From assembly GCA_043228905.1 (NCBI GenBank), contig JBHGNT010000003.1:12896001-12960000 (forward strand): a DNA stretch of 64,000 nt, given 5' to 3'. Made by a program: the position numbers and the translations under genes. The notes beneath the pieces were generated by a model, which saw nothing but the letters and a program-made list of their open reading frames with translations, did not search any database and was not told the DNA's origin. Origin of the DNA: Azolla caroliniana (Eukaryota; Plantae; Polypodiophyta). This document shows positions 47,742-61,763 of this stretch, piece by piece (the stretch's first letter is position 1; every line of letters starts with the position of its first letter).

Positions 47742-48435
47742 TGAAAAGAATTGCCTGCGGAAGCTTATAGACAAAACCGGCTTCACCGGATAGCAATAGA
47801 AAATATACACAGCTTTAATGGAAAGCTTAAATCACATAGAGAGTATGTGGGATAGACAGAGAGAGCAGAACAATAAAAACTCAATTTCAAAATAATACTT
47901 TGTACATAGAATATGCTCAGAGAGCACTTTTATACAAGTCCTGAAAAGGACTGACATAAGTACTGAGATGTACTTCAAGGCTTGTACGAACGACTAACAC
48001 TAACTCCAAGAAATATGCCTACGTACTGGGCTAAGACCGTAGGCCTCTAACGGCCTACCGGTACAATCCGATCTGGTTCTTGGTTCCAGATACCAATACG
48101 GATACTGATCCAACTCTGGCTTATTCACCTGATCCGGATCCGGTTAAGCTTGTCCACTGAACACTCCCCCTCAATCTCAACTTGAGGTCAGATTGTGGTG
48201 TTAGTGTTAGCCGGTCCTTTCCTTCGGCTCCTCTTAGTGTCTTCCCGCCTTGCTCATGCTCCTCGACCCATCCGGTCCCACTTTCCATGACCCGCCTGGT
48301 TCCGCACACCTTGACCTTCTCGGTCGGCTCATTTGCTCAAAAGGTCCATCTTAGCTCCTTTGCACTTCTTGACCCGTCGGTTCCTCCATTGTTGAGGAAA
48401 TCCTCGCATGTTCGCGAAATGAAGCGGGACCACTA
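47742..48435 (-). mobile_element. Copia 3' LTR (47742-48163) with PPT and 3' region
   Basis: ACACTCCCCCTCAA.CTCAACTTGAGG junction shared with other copies in the window. Confidence 0.7.
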
Positions 48436-50767
48436 GGATCTGGTCATGAATGAAGAGGACGCGGTGAGAACCGGAAGAGATTCGGTGACCGGACCTGATG
48501 GACCCGGTGAGAACCGGAAGAGATGTGGAAACTGGATCGGATGGACCCGACGAGAACCAGAAGAGAAGACATATTTGTAAATATGTTTTAAGTAAACCTA
48601 TTGAGGCTATATTTGTAAATAGCCCTATGTTCATATAACTATAAATATGACTTAGGGCAAACACTTTATATGTTGTTGTTGCCATATTGTTGTTGATAGA
48701 TAATTGTTGTATAGAGTGAGAGAGAGATATAGAGTGATACTTTGTTGTAACCGCCGAATGACGAAGATATTGAGCTCGAGGTCGTTGCCTTTGAGTCTCT
48801 GTTTATACCTTTCCTATATAGTGATAGTTTGGAGTCTTTTGACTCCCGTGGTTTTTCCCTATTAGGGTTTTCCACGTAAACATCCTATGGATCCTCTATC
48901 ATTTTCTGTGTTTGTAAGTGTGCTCACTCACTCCCTACTTCCCATTCCTGTGTTTGATTTCCATCCAAGTGATTCAAGACTTGGTTGTGGCTGAGCAATA
49001 TTCCGCGCAATTCTCCTCAAATTGGTATCAGAGCAAACAACACAGGAAATGGAAGAATCGTTCGGCGGCGTGTTCAAGATCACCAGGTCCGACTACTCAG
49101 TGTGGAAGTCGAAGACGAGGGATATGTTGGTGGTTAAAGATCTTTGGTTGCCGGTTTAGTTCAAGGACAAGAGACCGGATAAGATCGACGCCACAATGTG
49201 GGAGGTGATGCACATGAAGACGACGGCATACATCTGGTGCTTCATCTACATGGGCTTGTACAACAACTTCAATGAAGAGAGCAAGGCTCATGAACTTTGG
49301 GAGAAGATCGGCATCCTGTTCCAGAACAAAATGTTGTTAATCAGGTTTCGGTATTTTGGAAGCTAATGAGGCTCCAGTACCAGGACGGCTCCAGTATGGC
49401 GGAGCACATGAATGGGACTGATCCACCAGGAAACCTCGTTGGAAGTGGGAAACCAGGGCACTTCCAGAAGAACTGTCAGCATTTCCAGAAAGAGAAAGAA
49501 ACTGGCACTATCGATTCAAAGAAGAGTTCAGACCAAAGAGGCCCGGATCGGAAGGGAACGTCAGCAATTGTCACAAGTGAAGAAGAATTGATGCTCATTA
49601 CCAAAGAGAATGAGCTAAACCTTGTCGACGATGAGACAATGTGGGTTGTCGATTCCGGAGCGTCGTTCCACCTGACACCGGATCGGAAATGCTTCTCATC
49701 CTACACAACCGGTGATCACGGTTGTGTCTGTACGGGGAATGACGGTACATGCCGAATTGTCAGCATAGGAGATTTCTTGGTAACAACATCAAGTAGATGC
49801 AAGTTGTTGCTGAAGGATGTCCGACACGTTCCGGAGGTTCGACTGAACCTGTTATCAGTCAGTCGGCTAGATGATGAAGGCTACACATGGGTAGCATCCG
49901 GAACAGAGTTATGAAGTTCAACATAGGGAGCCTAATAGTGGCTCGAGCCTGGAAGATTAACACACTTCACTTCATGCTTGCCCGGATATGCCGGGAAGAA
50001 GTGAACATTGCATTAGACATTGCCGGTGAGTTGTGGCACAAGAGACCGTGTCACATGAATCAGAAGGGGATGAAGAGACTTGCCGAAGACAATATCATTC
50101 CGGTGAAGGATGTGCAACTTGATAAGTGCACCGATTGCTTGGCCGGCAAGCAAAACCGAACCTCCTTCCGATCAAGACCACCGATAAGACGGAATGCACC
50201 ACTTGAGTTGGTGCATACTGATGTGTGTCAAGTGGACATGAAGTCACATGCCGGACCACAGTACTTCATACCATTCATGGACGACCACAACCGGAAGTTG
50301 TGGGTCTCACCGTTGAAGGCGAAGGATCAGGGGCTATCCATCTTCAAGGAACTCCACGTGAGAGTGGAAAGAGAAACCGACCGAAAGCTGAAGTCGGTTC
50401 AAGCGGACAACGGAGGAGAATATCGGGGCCAATTCGAGGAGTACTATCGGTCGAAGGGAATCCGGCTCGAATTCACCGTGACGAAGACGCAGAATTGAAC
50501 GGGCTGGCCGAACGGATGAACTGGACCATAATGGAGAGAGTTCGAAGCATGCTACTGGCACATGCAAAGTTACCCAAGAAGTTTTGGGCTGAGGCGCTGA
50601 CGACGACGACCTATGTGATAAACAGATCACCCTCAGTACCCTTGGACAGAGACACACCGCAAAGAGTATGCACCGGTAAGGACGTATCCTCCCAGCATCT
50701 AAAGGTGTTCGGATGTCTTGCCTATGTGCATGTGGCAAAGGACAAGAGAGAAAAGCTGGGCCCGAAG

Positions 50768-53700
50768 TGTTAAACACCGTTCTCGGCCACAACCGAGGAA
50801 TAGGATCAATTCACAGAAAACAGGAAATACAAAATGCACAAAGACACTAGAGAGAAGAGTACACAGGATGTTTTACGTGGAAAACCCTAAATGGGAAAAA
50901 CCACGGGAGTGCAAGACTCCGACTATCACTATACGCAGGGAATGTACAATGGCGAGCTGCAAGGCGACGACCTTGAGCTCGCTGTCCTCGCCACAGGCGG
51001 CGGTATTACACAGAGGCGTCGATCTCTTCCTTTCTCTCTCCCTCTGCTGCTCTCACTTCGCTCACTCTAAGCGGAAAACAAAAAAATGAGCAACAACTGA
51101 AACTGTTTGCCCTAAGTCATATTTATACACATATGACTTTCGGGCTATTTACAAATATAGCCTCAAGGGCCCTTGGCAAACATATTCACAAATATGTCCC
51201 CGCATCCGGATCTCTCTCCGGGTACATTCGTCATCCGGCTCCGTAGCCGGGGTCTTCATCATCTGGATCCGTAGCCGGGATCTTCATCATCCGGCTCCGT
51301 AGCCGGGGTCTTCATCATCCGGATCCGGAACTGGGTCTTCATTCCCGATTCCCGGACATCCGACCATCCCATCCGGAGGCACCGTAATCCCAACAAACTC
51401 CCCCTTCACTTCGGCATGGGATGTCTTTCCAGTCCGACCCTCTTCCGGCACGCTTCCAGCTTGTCGGGTGTGAGCACTTTGGTCAGCATATCTGACCCGT
51501 TCTCGTCCGTGTGGATCTTCGTCAGCATGAACTCCTGGTCTTCTATCCTTTCCCGGATCCAGTGATATCTTCGCTGGATGTGCTTCGTCCGGGAGTGATA
51601 GGCCGCGTTCTTCGCAAGGTGGATGGCACTGTGACTGTCGCAGTAGAGTCGGTACTCCTCCTGCCGGATACCGAGCTCTCTAGTGAAGTCCTTCATCCAT
51701 ATCACTTGCCGGCTTCAACAGCCGCCATGTACTCCGCCTCCGTGGTTGACAACGCAACCGTCTTCTGCAGCCTCGACTGCCACGAAACAGCTCCCCCTGC
51801 ATACGTCATCACATACCCTGATGTGGACCGGCTGGTATCTGCATCAGCCGACATATCCGAATCGGTAAAGCCGTCGAGTTCGGGCTTACCGGAGCCGAAT
51901 CGGAGGCACACGTTTGTCGTGCCCTTCAGGTATCGGAGTATCCACTTGGCCGCGTTCCAGTGCTCTTTGCCGGGATTGCTCATGTACCGGCTCACCACTC
52001 CGACTGCATATCCTATGTCCGGTCTTGTACACACCATTGCGTACATCAAGCTTCCGACGGCAGAGGCATATGGTACTTTCATCATGTCCTCCTTCTCAGC
52101 CTTTGTCTTGGGGCTTTGCTTGCTGGACAACTTGCAGTTTTCCGGGAGGGTTGACCCGACCGGTCTTGCTTCCGACATGTTGAACCGTTTAAGCACCTTT
52201 GTCACGTACTTCTCCTGTGACAGCCACAACTGCTTCTTGCTCCGGTCCCGGATGATGTGCATCCCTAGTATTTGCCTCGCCGGACCCAAGTCCTTCATTG
52301 AGAAGGTTCGGTGAAGAGCCTTCTTCAGCATCCGTATCTTGACCTGGTCCCGTCCGACGATCAACATGTCGTCCACGTACAGGAGGAGTATTAGAAAGTC
52401 TCCTCCTTCGAACTTCTTCACAAACACGCAGTGATCGGACTGCGTTTTGTGGTACCCTTCGTCTGTCATGAAGGAGTCGAACTTCCGGTACCATTGCCGG
52501 GGAGCCTGCTTCAGACCGTAAAGGCTCTTCTTCAACCGGCATACCAGGTGCTCCTTCCCTTTCTTCTCGAATCCTTCCGGTTGTTGCATGTAGATCTCTT
52601 CTTCGAGGTCACCGTGAAGGAATGCCGTCTTCACGTCCATCTGTTCTACCTCGAGGTCCATGCTTGCCGCTATGCTCAGCACCGTCCGGATGGAGGTCAT
52701 CTTCACTATCGGGGCAAATATCTCGTCGAAGTCGACGCCCTTCTTCTGCTGAAACCCCTTCACCACGATCCTGGCTTTGTATCTCGGGGGGTTTCCGGCA
52801 TCTCCCGGTTTCAGCTTGAACACCCACTTGTTTCGAAGTGCCCGCTTTCCTTTCGGCAACTCCACAAGTTCATATGTGTGGTTCTCATGCAGGGAATCCA
52901 TCTCGTCCTGCATGGCACTCAACCACTTGCGGCTCTGGGTGTCATGATTTGCTTCTTCAAAGCTCTCCGGCTCCCCCTCGTCGGTTAGCAGCACGTGCTC
53001 TGGTTCCGGAAATCTCCGGGGGGCCCTTCTCTCTCTTAGAGGATATCTCCGTTCCGGAGCTTCGGTAACCGGCTCCTCCGTTTCCTCTTCATCCGAATCC
53101 ATTTCGGGATCGGGGCCGGTTCCGGTATCAGTTTCATCTTCCTCGGCCGGTTCTGTTTCTTCACCGTCTTCGGCCGGATCCTCGAGTGCTAACCGGTCCC
53201 TTGCCGGTCGGGACTGCTCCTCGTAGAGTTGATCCTCACCGGTCGACTTGGAGCTCTTCGTCTTCTTCTCCGACTCCCAGTTGGCGAGTGTCTTGTCCTC
53301 CATGAAGATGATATCACGACTCCGGAATATCTTCTTGCCGACCGGGTCCCATACTCGGTAGCCGAACTCGTCGTCGCCGTAACCGAGGAATATGCATGGC
53401 CGGGTTTTTGGATCTAGCTTTCCTCTCCGGTCCTTTGCCACATGCACATATGCGAGACACCCGAACACCTTCAGATGCCGGTAGGATACTTCCCTACCGG
53501 TCCACACTCTCTGCGGCGTGTCTCCGTCCAAAGGTACTGAGGGTGATCTGTTTATCACGTATGTCGCCGTCGACATTGCCTCAGCCCAAAACCCCTTGGG
53601 TAATTTCGCATGCGCCAGCATACTCCGGACCCTCTCCATTATGGTCCGGTTCATCCTCTCGGCCAGCCCGTTCAGTTCCGGCGTCTTCGGCACAGTAAAC

Positions 53701-56131
53701 TGGAGCCGGATTCCCTTCGAGCGACAGTACTCCTCGAACTGCCCCCGGTATTCCCCTCCGTTATCCGCTCGTATCGCTTTCAGCTTCTTGCCGGATTCCC
53801 TTTCCACTCTCGCGTGGAGTTCTTTGAAGACGCACAACACTTGGTCCTTTGTCTTCAACGGTGCCGTCCACAGCTTCCGGCTGTGGTCATCAATGAATGT
53901 CACGAAGTACTGGGCTCCGCCATGTGACTTCGTTTCTACTTGACACACGTCAGTGTGCACCAACTCCAATGGTGCGCTACGTCTCATCGGTGGCCTTGAG
54001 TGGAAGGAGGTCCGGTTTTGCTTACCGGCCAGACAGTCGGTGCACTTCCCCAAGTGTACTTGCTTTACCGGTATCAGGTTGTCTTCGGCAAGCCTCTTCA
54101 TCCCCTTCTCGCTCATGTGGCACAGTCTCTTGTGCCACAGCTCACCGGCAGTGTCAGCTGCCACGTTCAGCTCCTCCGGACATAGCCGGGAAATCATCAG
54201 GTACAGTGTTGACCTTCCGGGCCCGAGCCACTATCAGGCTCCCCTTGCTGAACTTCATTACGCCGTTCCGGATGCTACCTGTGTAGCCTTCATCGTCTAG
54301 CCTCCCGGCCGAAATCAGGTTCAATCGAACCTCCGGAACGTGTCGGACATCCTTCAACAACATTTTGCATCCGGTCGAGGTTGTCAACCACACGTCTCCT
54401 ATGCCGGCAATCCGGCACATACCTTCATTTCCCATCCGAACACAGCCATGCTCACCGGCTGTGTAGGATGAGAAGTATCTTCTTTCCGGGGTCAGGTGGA
54501 ACGACGCTCCGGAATCGACCACCCAGGTAGTCTCATCGCCGGCAATGTTTAGTTCACCTTCTTCGGTGATGAGCATGATCTCCTCTTCACTTGCCGCGAG
54601 TGCCGTCGTTCCTTTCCGGTCCTGCCCTCGCCGATCCGAACCATTCCGGTCCGTGGCTCCCCGGTAAGCACCGTTCCGTTCCGAAGACTTCTTCGAATCG
54701 GTGTCGTCGGCTCCGTTGTCTTTTCGGTAATGCCGACAATTCTTCCGGAAGTGCCCCGGCTTCCCACAGTGGAAGCATGTGGGCCTTCCTCTTGACTGCG
54801 ACCGGGTCCCCGACTTCTCCCGTCTTTGCGGACTCCGGTTCCGTTGTCTTCCCCGATCCGATTCGGTAAGCAGCATCTTCGGATCGGAGGCCGGTTCTTT
54901 ATCTCTCCGACGCGCTTCTTCGTTCAAAATACTTGTCTTTACCGTTTGTAGGGACAAGTTATCTTCGGTACAGGAGGTGCTGAGAGTCACCACCAAGTTC
55001 TCCCAGCTTTCCGGCAATGTACACATCAGAATGATGACTTGCATTGCATCCTCCAACGGGAACTTGATCGCCGCAAGCTGGTTCACGAATCCCATGAACG
55101 TGCTTACGTGTTCCACCATACTCTCGCCGTCCCGGTACTTGAGGTTCACTATCTTCCTCATCAGGGAGGTCCGGTTCAACGCATTCTTCCTCTCGTAGAG
55201 GCCCGACAGCTTCCGCCACATCTCATATGCGTTGGTGTCGTTCGCCACATGTTGTAGAACACTTACATCGACATATTGCCGGATCGTCGCTACGGCTTTC
55301 CGGTTCAGGAGCTTCCACTCCGACTCTATTACCCCCTTGGGTATCTCAGCATTGTCGATCGGTTCGTACAGGTCTCGGACGATGAGAAGGTCTTCCATCT
55401 TTATCTTCCAATCGGCGTAGTTCTGTGAGTTCAACACCATCATGCCCGGAGGCCCACTACCGCCGCCTTCCATTTTCTGTGTTGCCGTCGCTCTGATACC
55501 ACTTGTTAAACACCGTTCTCGGCCACAACCGAGGAATAGGATCAATTCACAGAAAACAGGAAATACAAAATGCACAAAGACACTAGAGAGAAGAGTACAC
55601 AGGATGTTTTACGTGGAAAACCCTAAATGGGAAAAAACACGGGAGTGCAAGACTCCGACTATCACTATACGCAGGGAATGTACAATGGCGAGCTGCAAGG
55701 CGACGACCTTGAGCTCGCTGTCCTCGCCACAGGCGGCGGTATTACACAGAGGCGTCGATCTCTTCCTTTCTCTCTCCCTCTGCTGCTCTCACTTCGCTCA
55801 CTCTAAGCGGAAAACAAAAAAATGAGCAACAACTGAAACTGTTTGCCCTAAGTCATATTTATACACATATGACTTTCGGGCTATTTACAAATATAGCCTC
55901 AAGGGCCCTTGGCAAACATATTCACAAATATGTCCCCGCATCCGGATCTCTCTCCGGGTACATTCGTCATCCGGCTCCGTAGCCGGGGTCTTCATCATCC
56001 GGATCCGTAGCCGGGGTCTTCATCATCCGGCTCCGTAGCCGGGGTCTTCATCATCCGGATCCGGAACTGGGTCTTCATTCCCGATTCCCGGACATCCGAC
56101 CATCCCATCCGGAGGGACCGTAATCCCAACA
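50768..56131 (-). mobile_element. Young full-length Ty1/Copia retrotransposon (5364 bp)
   Basis: 628-bp LTRs (50768-51395, 55504-56131) differing at about 4 sites. Perfect TSD CGAAG, tRNA-iMet PBS at 55501-55490, PPT at 51396-51412. Confidence 0.96.
51406..55473 (-). pseudogene. Copia gag-PR-INT-RT-RH polyprotein with two frameshifts (~54200, ~51705)
   Basis: CFHCGKPGHFRKNC, WVVDSGAS, LWHKRLCH, RADNGGEY, YVDD, TDSD, YCDS, KHIQRRYH. No in-frame stops. Confidence 0.92.
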
Positions 56132-56249
56132 CGAAGTTCCGGCTGTGCATATTCCTTGGATACGGCGATGATAAGTTCGATTATCGGGTGTGGGATCTAG
56201 TCGACAAGAAGGTGTTCCAGAGTCAAGACATAGTCTTCATGGAAGACAA

Positions 56250-56939
56250 TGTTAGGAAACAGGTCCCTCCGGATGGGAAGAGAGAAGAACAGTGCTGATG
56301 AGAAACTCGGCCGAGGCCAAAACCGGATGAGGAGTACCCGGCTACGGAAGACCCCGGTGAGAACCGGATGACAAGTACTCGGCTATGGAAGACCCGGTGA
56401 GAACCGGAACACCCGGTGAGAATCGGATGATGAGTGCCCGGCAAGCGCCGGATGATGCAAGCCCGGTGAGGAGTGTTCACCGGATGAAGGGACATATTCG
56501 TAAATATGTTTCTGAGAGTCCATCGGGATTATATTTGTAAATAGCCGAAAAGTCATTTTTTTGTATAAATATGACTTAGGGCAAACTTTAGATCGTTGTT
56601 ATTATTCTTGTTGGTGCAAGATTAGAGCACGTAACTGTGTACAGAGAGAGAGAGAGAGAAAGAGACGAAGAGTTCGTATCTCTGTTGTAACCGCCGCCTG
56701 TGGCGAAGATAGCAAGCTCGAGGTCGTTGCCTCAGTGCTTCACTATTGTACATTCTGTTACATAGTGATACTTAGCAGTCAGTGGACTGCCGTGGTTTTT
56801 CCCTAGTTTGGGTTTTCCATGTTAAGATCCTGTGTACTCTTCTCTTCACTGTGACCTGCATTCATTACCCATTTACTGTGTTTGATTCTAAGCTTGGTTG
56901 TGGCCGAGCGTTGTTCATCGGGAGCGTGTGTTCCTATCA
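56250..56939 (+). mobile_element. Solo LTR (690 bp) of a related Copia family
   Basis: TGTT...TATCA ends, TSD GACAA/GACAG; shares motifs with the neighbouring LTRs. Confidence 0.82.
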
Positions 56940-59682
56940 GACAGGACCATTGCCAACTGGGAGTCGGAGACAAAGGTGATGAACTCCGGATCATCCAATG
57001 AAGACCAACTTGAGGACACAAGAACTTACCCGGTTGAAAACCGGATGTTAGCCGGTAATTGGATGACACTCGACGAAGCGGCCGGATATGGACAAGAAAC
57101 CGAACCAATCAAAGAAGAAGAAGAAGACATTGGAACCAGACAAGATCCCGAATCGGATTCGGGTGAGGAACAAACGGAGAAACCAGTAGTAAAAAACTAA
57201 GGACGGTGATATCCTCTCTGAGAGAGAAGAGCCCCCTGGAGATTTCCGGATGCAGAGCATGTGTTGCTAACCGATGAGGGGGAGCTAGAAAGCTTCGAAG
57301 AAGCAAAGAGAGACACCCACAACCTCAAGTGGTTGAGTGGGTGTTCAAGCTGAAACCGGGAGACACCAGAAATCCACCAAGGTACAAAGCTCGAATCGTG
57401 GTGAAGGGCTTCTAGCAGAAGAAAGGGGTGGACTTCGATGAGATATTTACCCTGGTAGTAAAAATGACATCCATTCGGACGGTATTGATCATAGCGGCAA
57501 GAATGGACCTCAAGGTAGAGCAATTGGACGTTAAGATGGCATTCCTACATGGCGACCTCGAAGAAGAGATCTACATGCATCAACCGGAAGGATTTGAGAA
57601 GAAAGGGAAGGAGCACTTGGTGTGTCAGCTGAAGAAGAGCTTGTACGGATTGAAGCAAGCTCCCCGACAATGGTACCGGAAGTTCGACTCCTTCATGACC
57701 GACCAAGGGTACCACAAGACGCAGGTCGATCATTGCGTGTTTGTGAAGAAATTTGACGGAGGAGATTTCTTGATACTTCTCCTATATGTGGATGATATGT
57801 TGATCGTCAAACGAGACCAAGGCAAGATTCAGATGCTGAAGAAGGCTCTGAGCCGAACCTTCTCAATGAAAGACTTGGGTCCAACAAGGCTGATATTGGG
57901 AATGCACATCATCCGGGACCAGTCGAAGAAGCTGTTGTGGTTGTCACAAGAGAAGTATGTGACAAAGGTGCTTCAACGGTTCAACATGTTGGAGGCAAAA
58001 CCGGTCGGATCGACACTTCCGGCAAACTGCAAGCTATTCGGAAAACAAAGCCCGACGATAAAGGCGAAGAAGACGGAGATGATGAAGATACCATATGCCT
58101 CTGTCGTCGGAAGCCTTATGTACGCGATGGTATGTACCCAGTTGGATATTGGATATGGTTGCGTTGTCAACCACGGAGGCGGAGTACATGGCGGTTCTAG
58201 AAGCCGACAAGGAGATAATCTGGATTAACGACTTCATCAGAGAGCTAGGGATCCAACAGGAGGAATACCGGCTCTACTGTGACAATCAAAGTGTCATCCA
58301 CCTTGCAAAGAACGCGGCCTACCATTCCTGGATGAAACATATCCAATGGAGGTACCACTGGATTCGGGAGAGAGTAGAAGATCAAGAGTTCATGCTGATG
58401 AAGATCCACACGAACGGGTCGGATATGTGACCAAGGTGTTGATAACCGACAAGCTGGACGCGTGCCAAAAGCGGATCGGGATGGCAAGACACCCCATGCC
58501 GGAGTGAAGGGGGAGATTGTTGGGAAATCGGTCCCTCCGGATCCCATCCGGTCATGAATGAAGAGGACGCAGTGAGAACCGGAAGAGATGCGGAAACCGG
58601 ATCGGATGGACCCGGCGAGAACCAGAAGAGAAGACATATTTGTAAATATGTTTTGAGTAAGCCTATTGAGGTTATCTTTGTAAATAGCCCTAAGTTCATA
58701 TAAGTATAAATATGACATAGGGAAAACACTTTATACGTTGTTGTTGCCATATTGTTGTTGATAGATAACTGTTATATAGAGTGAGAGAGCGATACAGAGT
58801 GATACTCTGTTGTGACCGCCGGCTGGCGAAGATACAGAGCTCAAGGTCGTTGCCTCTAAGTCTCTGTTTGTACCTTTCCTATATAGTGATAGTTTGGAGT
58901 CTATGGACTCCATTGGTTTTTCCCTATTAGGGTTTTCCACCTAAACATCCTGTGTATCCTCTATCGTTGTCTGTGTTTCTAAGTGTGCTCACTCCCTACT
59001 TCCCATTTCTATGTTTGATTTCGTCCCAAGTGAATCAAGACTCGGTAGTGGCCAAGCAATATTCTGCGCAATTCTCCTCATGGACCAGAAGGAATCGATG
59101 TTTTTAGCAGCGTAAGTAAGAAAGTATTGAAGATAGATAAATAGATGGATGGAGAAAGAGAGAGATTAAGATAGAGAATGAACCCTTGACTTCAATTTTT
59201 TAGAGACAAGATACGTCACCAATCAGATTACTTGATTTTATTATTGTAAATTCAGTACATAGCTTGGTTGCCCCATTCATTGATTGATTCCCTTTCTTTT
59301 ATAGATGCCCTCATGCATATGATGCATGTGAGGGTGCAAGACATGTCTACAATGCATGTAATGCATGTGATGCATGTTTGCCATTTGGCGCTCATGCATT
59401 ACATGCGATGCATGATGTCGATATCACTCAAGTAAGCTCTCATGTATGAGAATTTACATATGAGAAAGTATAATGATGAAATTACAACTTTTAAAGAAAT
59501 AAATTGGCTTTGTGGTAAGTCAATTGTGTTATTTAAAATTGTCCCTTCTTCTGGGGGAGTCGACCGAAAACCTGAAATGAGAGTCGGCTAGCCGAAATCG
59601 GTCACGAAGCCAAAACGGGAGTCGATTGGCCGAAATCGACCAAAAAGCCGAAATGGGATTTGATCAAATGGAAGTCGGATAA

Positions 59683-59721
59683 ATACATACATACATATAT
59701 ATACATATGTAAGATAAGTTA

Positions 59722-59762
<41 letters not shown>

Positions 59763-59812
59763 AGATAAGTTAGTATATATAGAGAGAGAGTCATATTAGT
59801 TGCATATATATA
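59683..59812. repeat. (TA)n microsatellite with a duplicated ATGTAAGATAAGTTAG flank
   Basis: Directly visible. Confidence 0.85.
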
Positions 59813-60125
59813 TGGGATAACTCACTGAGAAGAAAACAGTGAGAAAAGCACCAAAGTGAACCCTTCTCGGTTTTCTCCTTTCCACGTGATTTTCACACGA
59901 TTGTTGAAAATCTTCACGACATCCACCTCCAACAAATTGTACGTCCTCCGGTACGTGCCAAGAAGAGAGAGTGTGAGATTTCAGCTATGGTGATTAGTAC
60001 GATTTCTCCACGTCCTCGTTGACCTCGCTCACGTTCTTGGGTTCGGCCCTATCAGCTTCATTGTTGAGGTCATCGATGTCAGCACCCTCATCTTGTTTAT
60101 TCTTGAAGATCTTTACTCTTTTCCC

Positions 60126-60136
60126 TGCAAGAGAGA

Positions 60137-60190
<54 letters not shown>

Positions 60191-61632
60191 AAAGAGCAAA
60201 AACTCCAATTCAAAATATCACTCTATACATACAATGTCTCAGTGACCACTTTTATACAAGTCCTTAAAAGAACTGACAAAAGTATTGACATGTACTTCAA
60301 TGCTCATACAGAGCTACTGACATTGACTCCCAAAAATAGGCCTATGTACAAGGCTAGGATCGTAGGCCTTTAACGAGCTACTAGTTACACTCTGATCCGG
60401 CTCTCCTCTCCAGATACCGATCTGGCTCTTGGTTCCGGACACCGATTCGGTTATTGGTTCTGGATACCAATCTTGCTCGGGCTTACTCAATTGATCCAAT
60501 TTTGGTTGAGCTTGCTCGCTCAACACTCCCCCTCAAGCTCAACTTGAGGTCAGATCATGGTGTCAATGTCTGATGTTCCTACCCTTACCTTTTCTTGGCG
60601 TCTTCCCACCTTGCTTGCGTTCCTCGTCCAACTCGGTCTTGCTTTCCACGACCCGTCCAATTTCAGCTCTTGTCCGAATTGGCTGTCTCCAATTCATCCT
60701 CATCCTCTAGGCCCTTTACCACATTAGACCATGTCCGGGTCTTGGCCTTCTTGGATTTACCTCCCCCTTTTTCAGTTGGCATTGTCTCCGGCTTTCCCTA
60801 GTATCCATCTTCAGCTTCCTTAGTCGACCAAAATTCGAACTCCTCATCGAACTCAACTTTCTGGTCTCTTCCACTCCTTTCTCTATGTCTTCCCCTCAAG
60901 TTTGGCACATCGAGGTGCTACAAGCCAAGCACACCTGAAAATAGTCGCAACTTGTCTAGGCAACGGGGTTTGGTGAAGATATCGACGGTGTGTCCATCCG
61001 TTGGAACATACACCAATTCAACTTCAACGGAAATGACTAGTCGTGGACAAAATGATAGTGCACCTCAATGTGCTTGGTCTGGCCATGGAAGATGGGGTTC
61101 TTCGCAAGATGAATGTTGTTGAGATTGTCTCAGCTTCACATTCCTATCCAGAGGAGTTGAGGTGGATTTGCACTCTGTCATCCCGAACTTGAAGAGCATA
61201 CTTAGCATATGATGTTATTGGCTGATCAATATGCTTTCGGGGGTGTGGATCACTTCGATCCCAAGGAGGTAATGAAGGTCCCCCGTTTCGTTTGGAGGCA
61301 TTCCGGCCTCACTGATCTCATCCTCAGAAATCAGAATGGAGTTATCGGGGATCGGAGATAGGGGCAAGTACCATGATGCTGACTCATTGAACACGACATC
61401 TCGACTGACCTGGACCTATTTGGTTTGGGGGTTATAACATTTATAACCCTTTTGCTCGTCGAGTAGCCGTCGAGAATGCACTTCTCGACTTCCTGCGTTT
61501 CTCCTTCGGCACATGCACATACCCAATGTTGTTGAACATACTCAAGTGTCCCAGATTCAAATTCTTTCCAAAGTAGAGCTCATGTGGTGACACTCCTCCA
61601 TTTGTAGGTGTTCGATTCTGTAGGTAGATGGC
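60126..61632 (-). mobile_element. Internally deleted Copia remnant (LTR to 60525, PPT, RH/RT/INT pieces)
   Basis: Shared PPT junction; TKHIEVHYHF and GYVHVPKEKR remnants. Confidence 0.7.
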
Positions 61633-61722
61633 TGTAAAAGAATTCATGTGTAGAAGCGTATTTGTAAGAACACAGAGTACACGGTTCGGAAGTACGAAAA
61701 TTCGGTAAAGCACAGAAATCAT

Positions 61723-61763
<41 letters not shown>

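Larger units (their letters stand above)
48436..59080 (+). mobile_element. Older Copia element hosting two nested insertions
   Basis: LTRs ~48436-49019 (5'-eroded) and 58518-59080, PBS TGGTATCAGAGC at 49023, PPT GAAGGGGGAG before 58518. Decayed gag-pol at 49049-50767, 56132-56249 and 56940-58507. Confidence 0.88.

Noticed and set aside
54150-54210. Programmed gag-pol frameshift in the young Copia
   Set aside because: Plant Copia polyproteins are typically single-frame and no slippery site is present, so a small deletion or sequencing error is more likely.
51511-55420. Long plus-strand ORFs overlapping the young Copia
   Set aside because: Antisense shadows of a GC-rich gag-pol frame.
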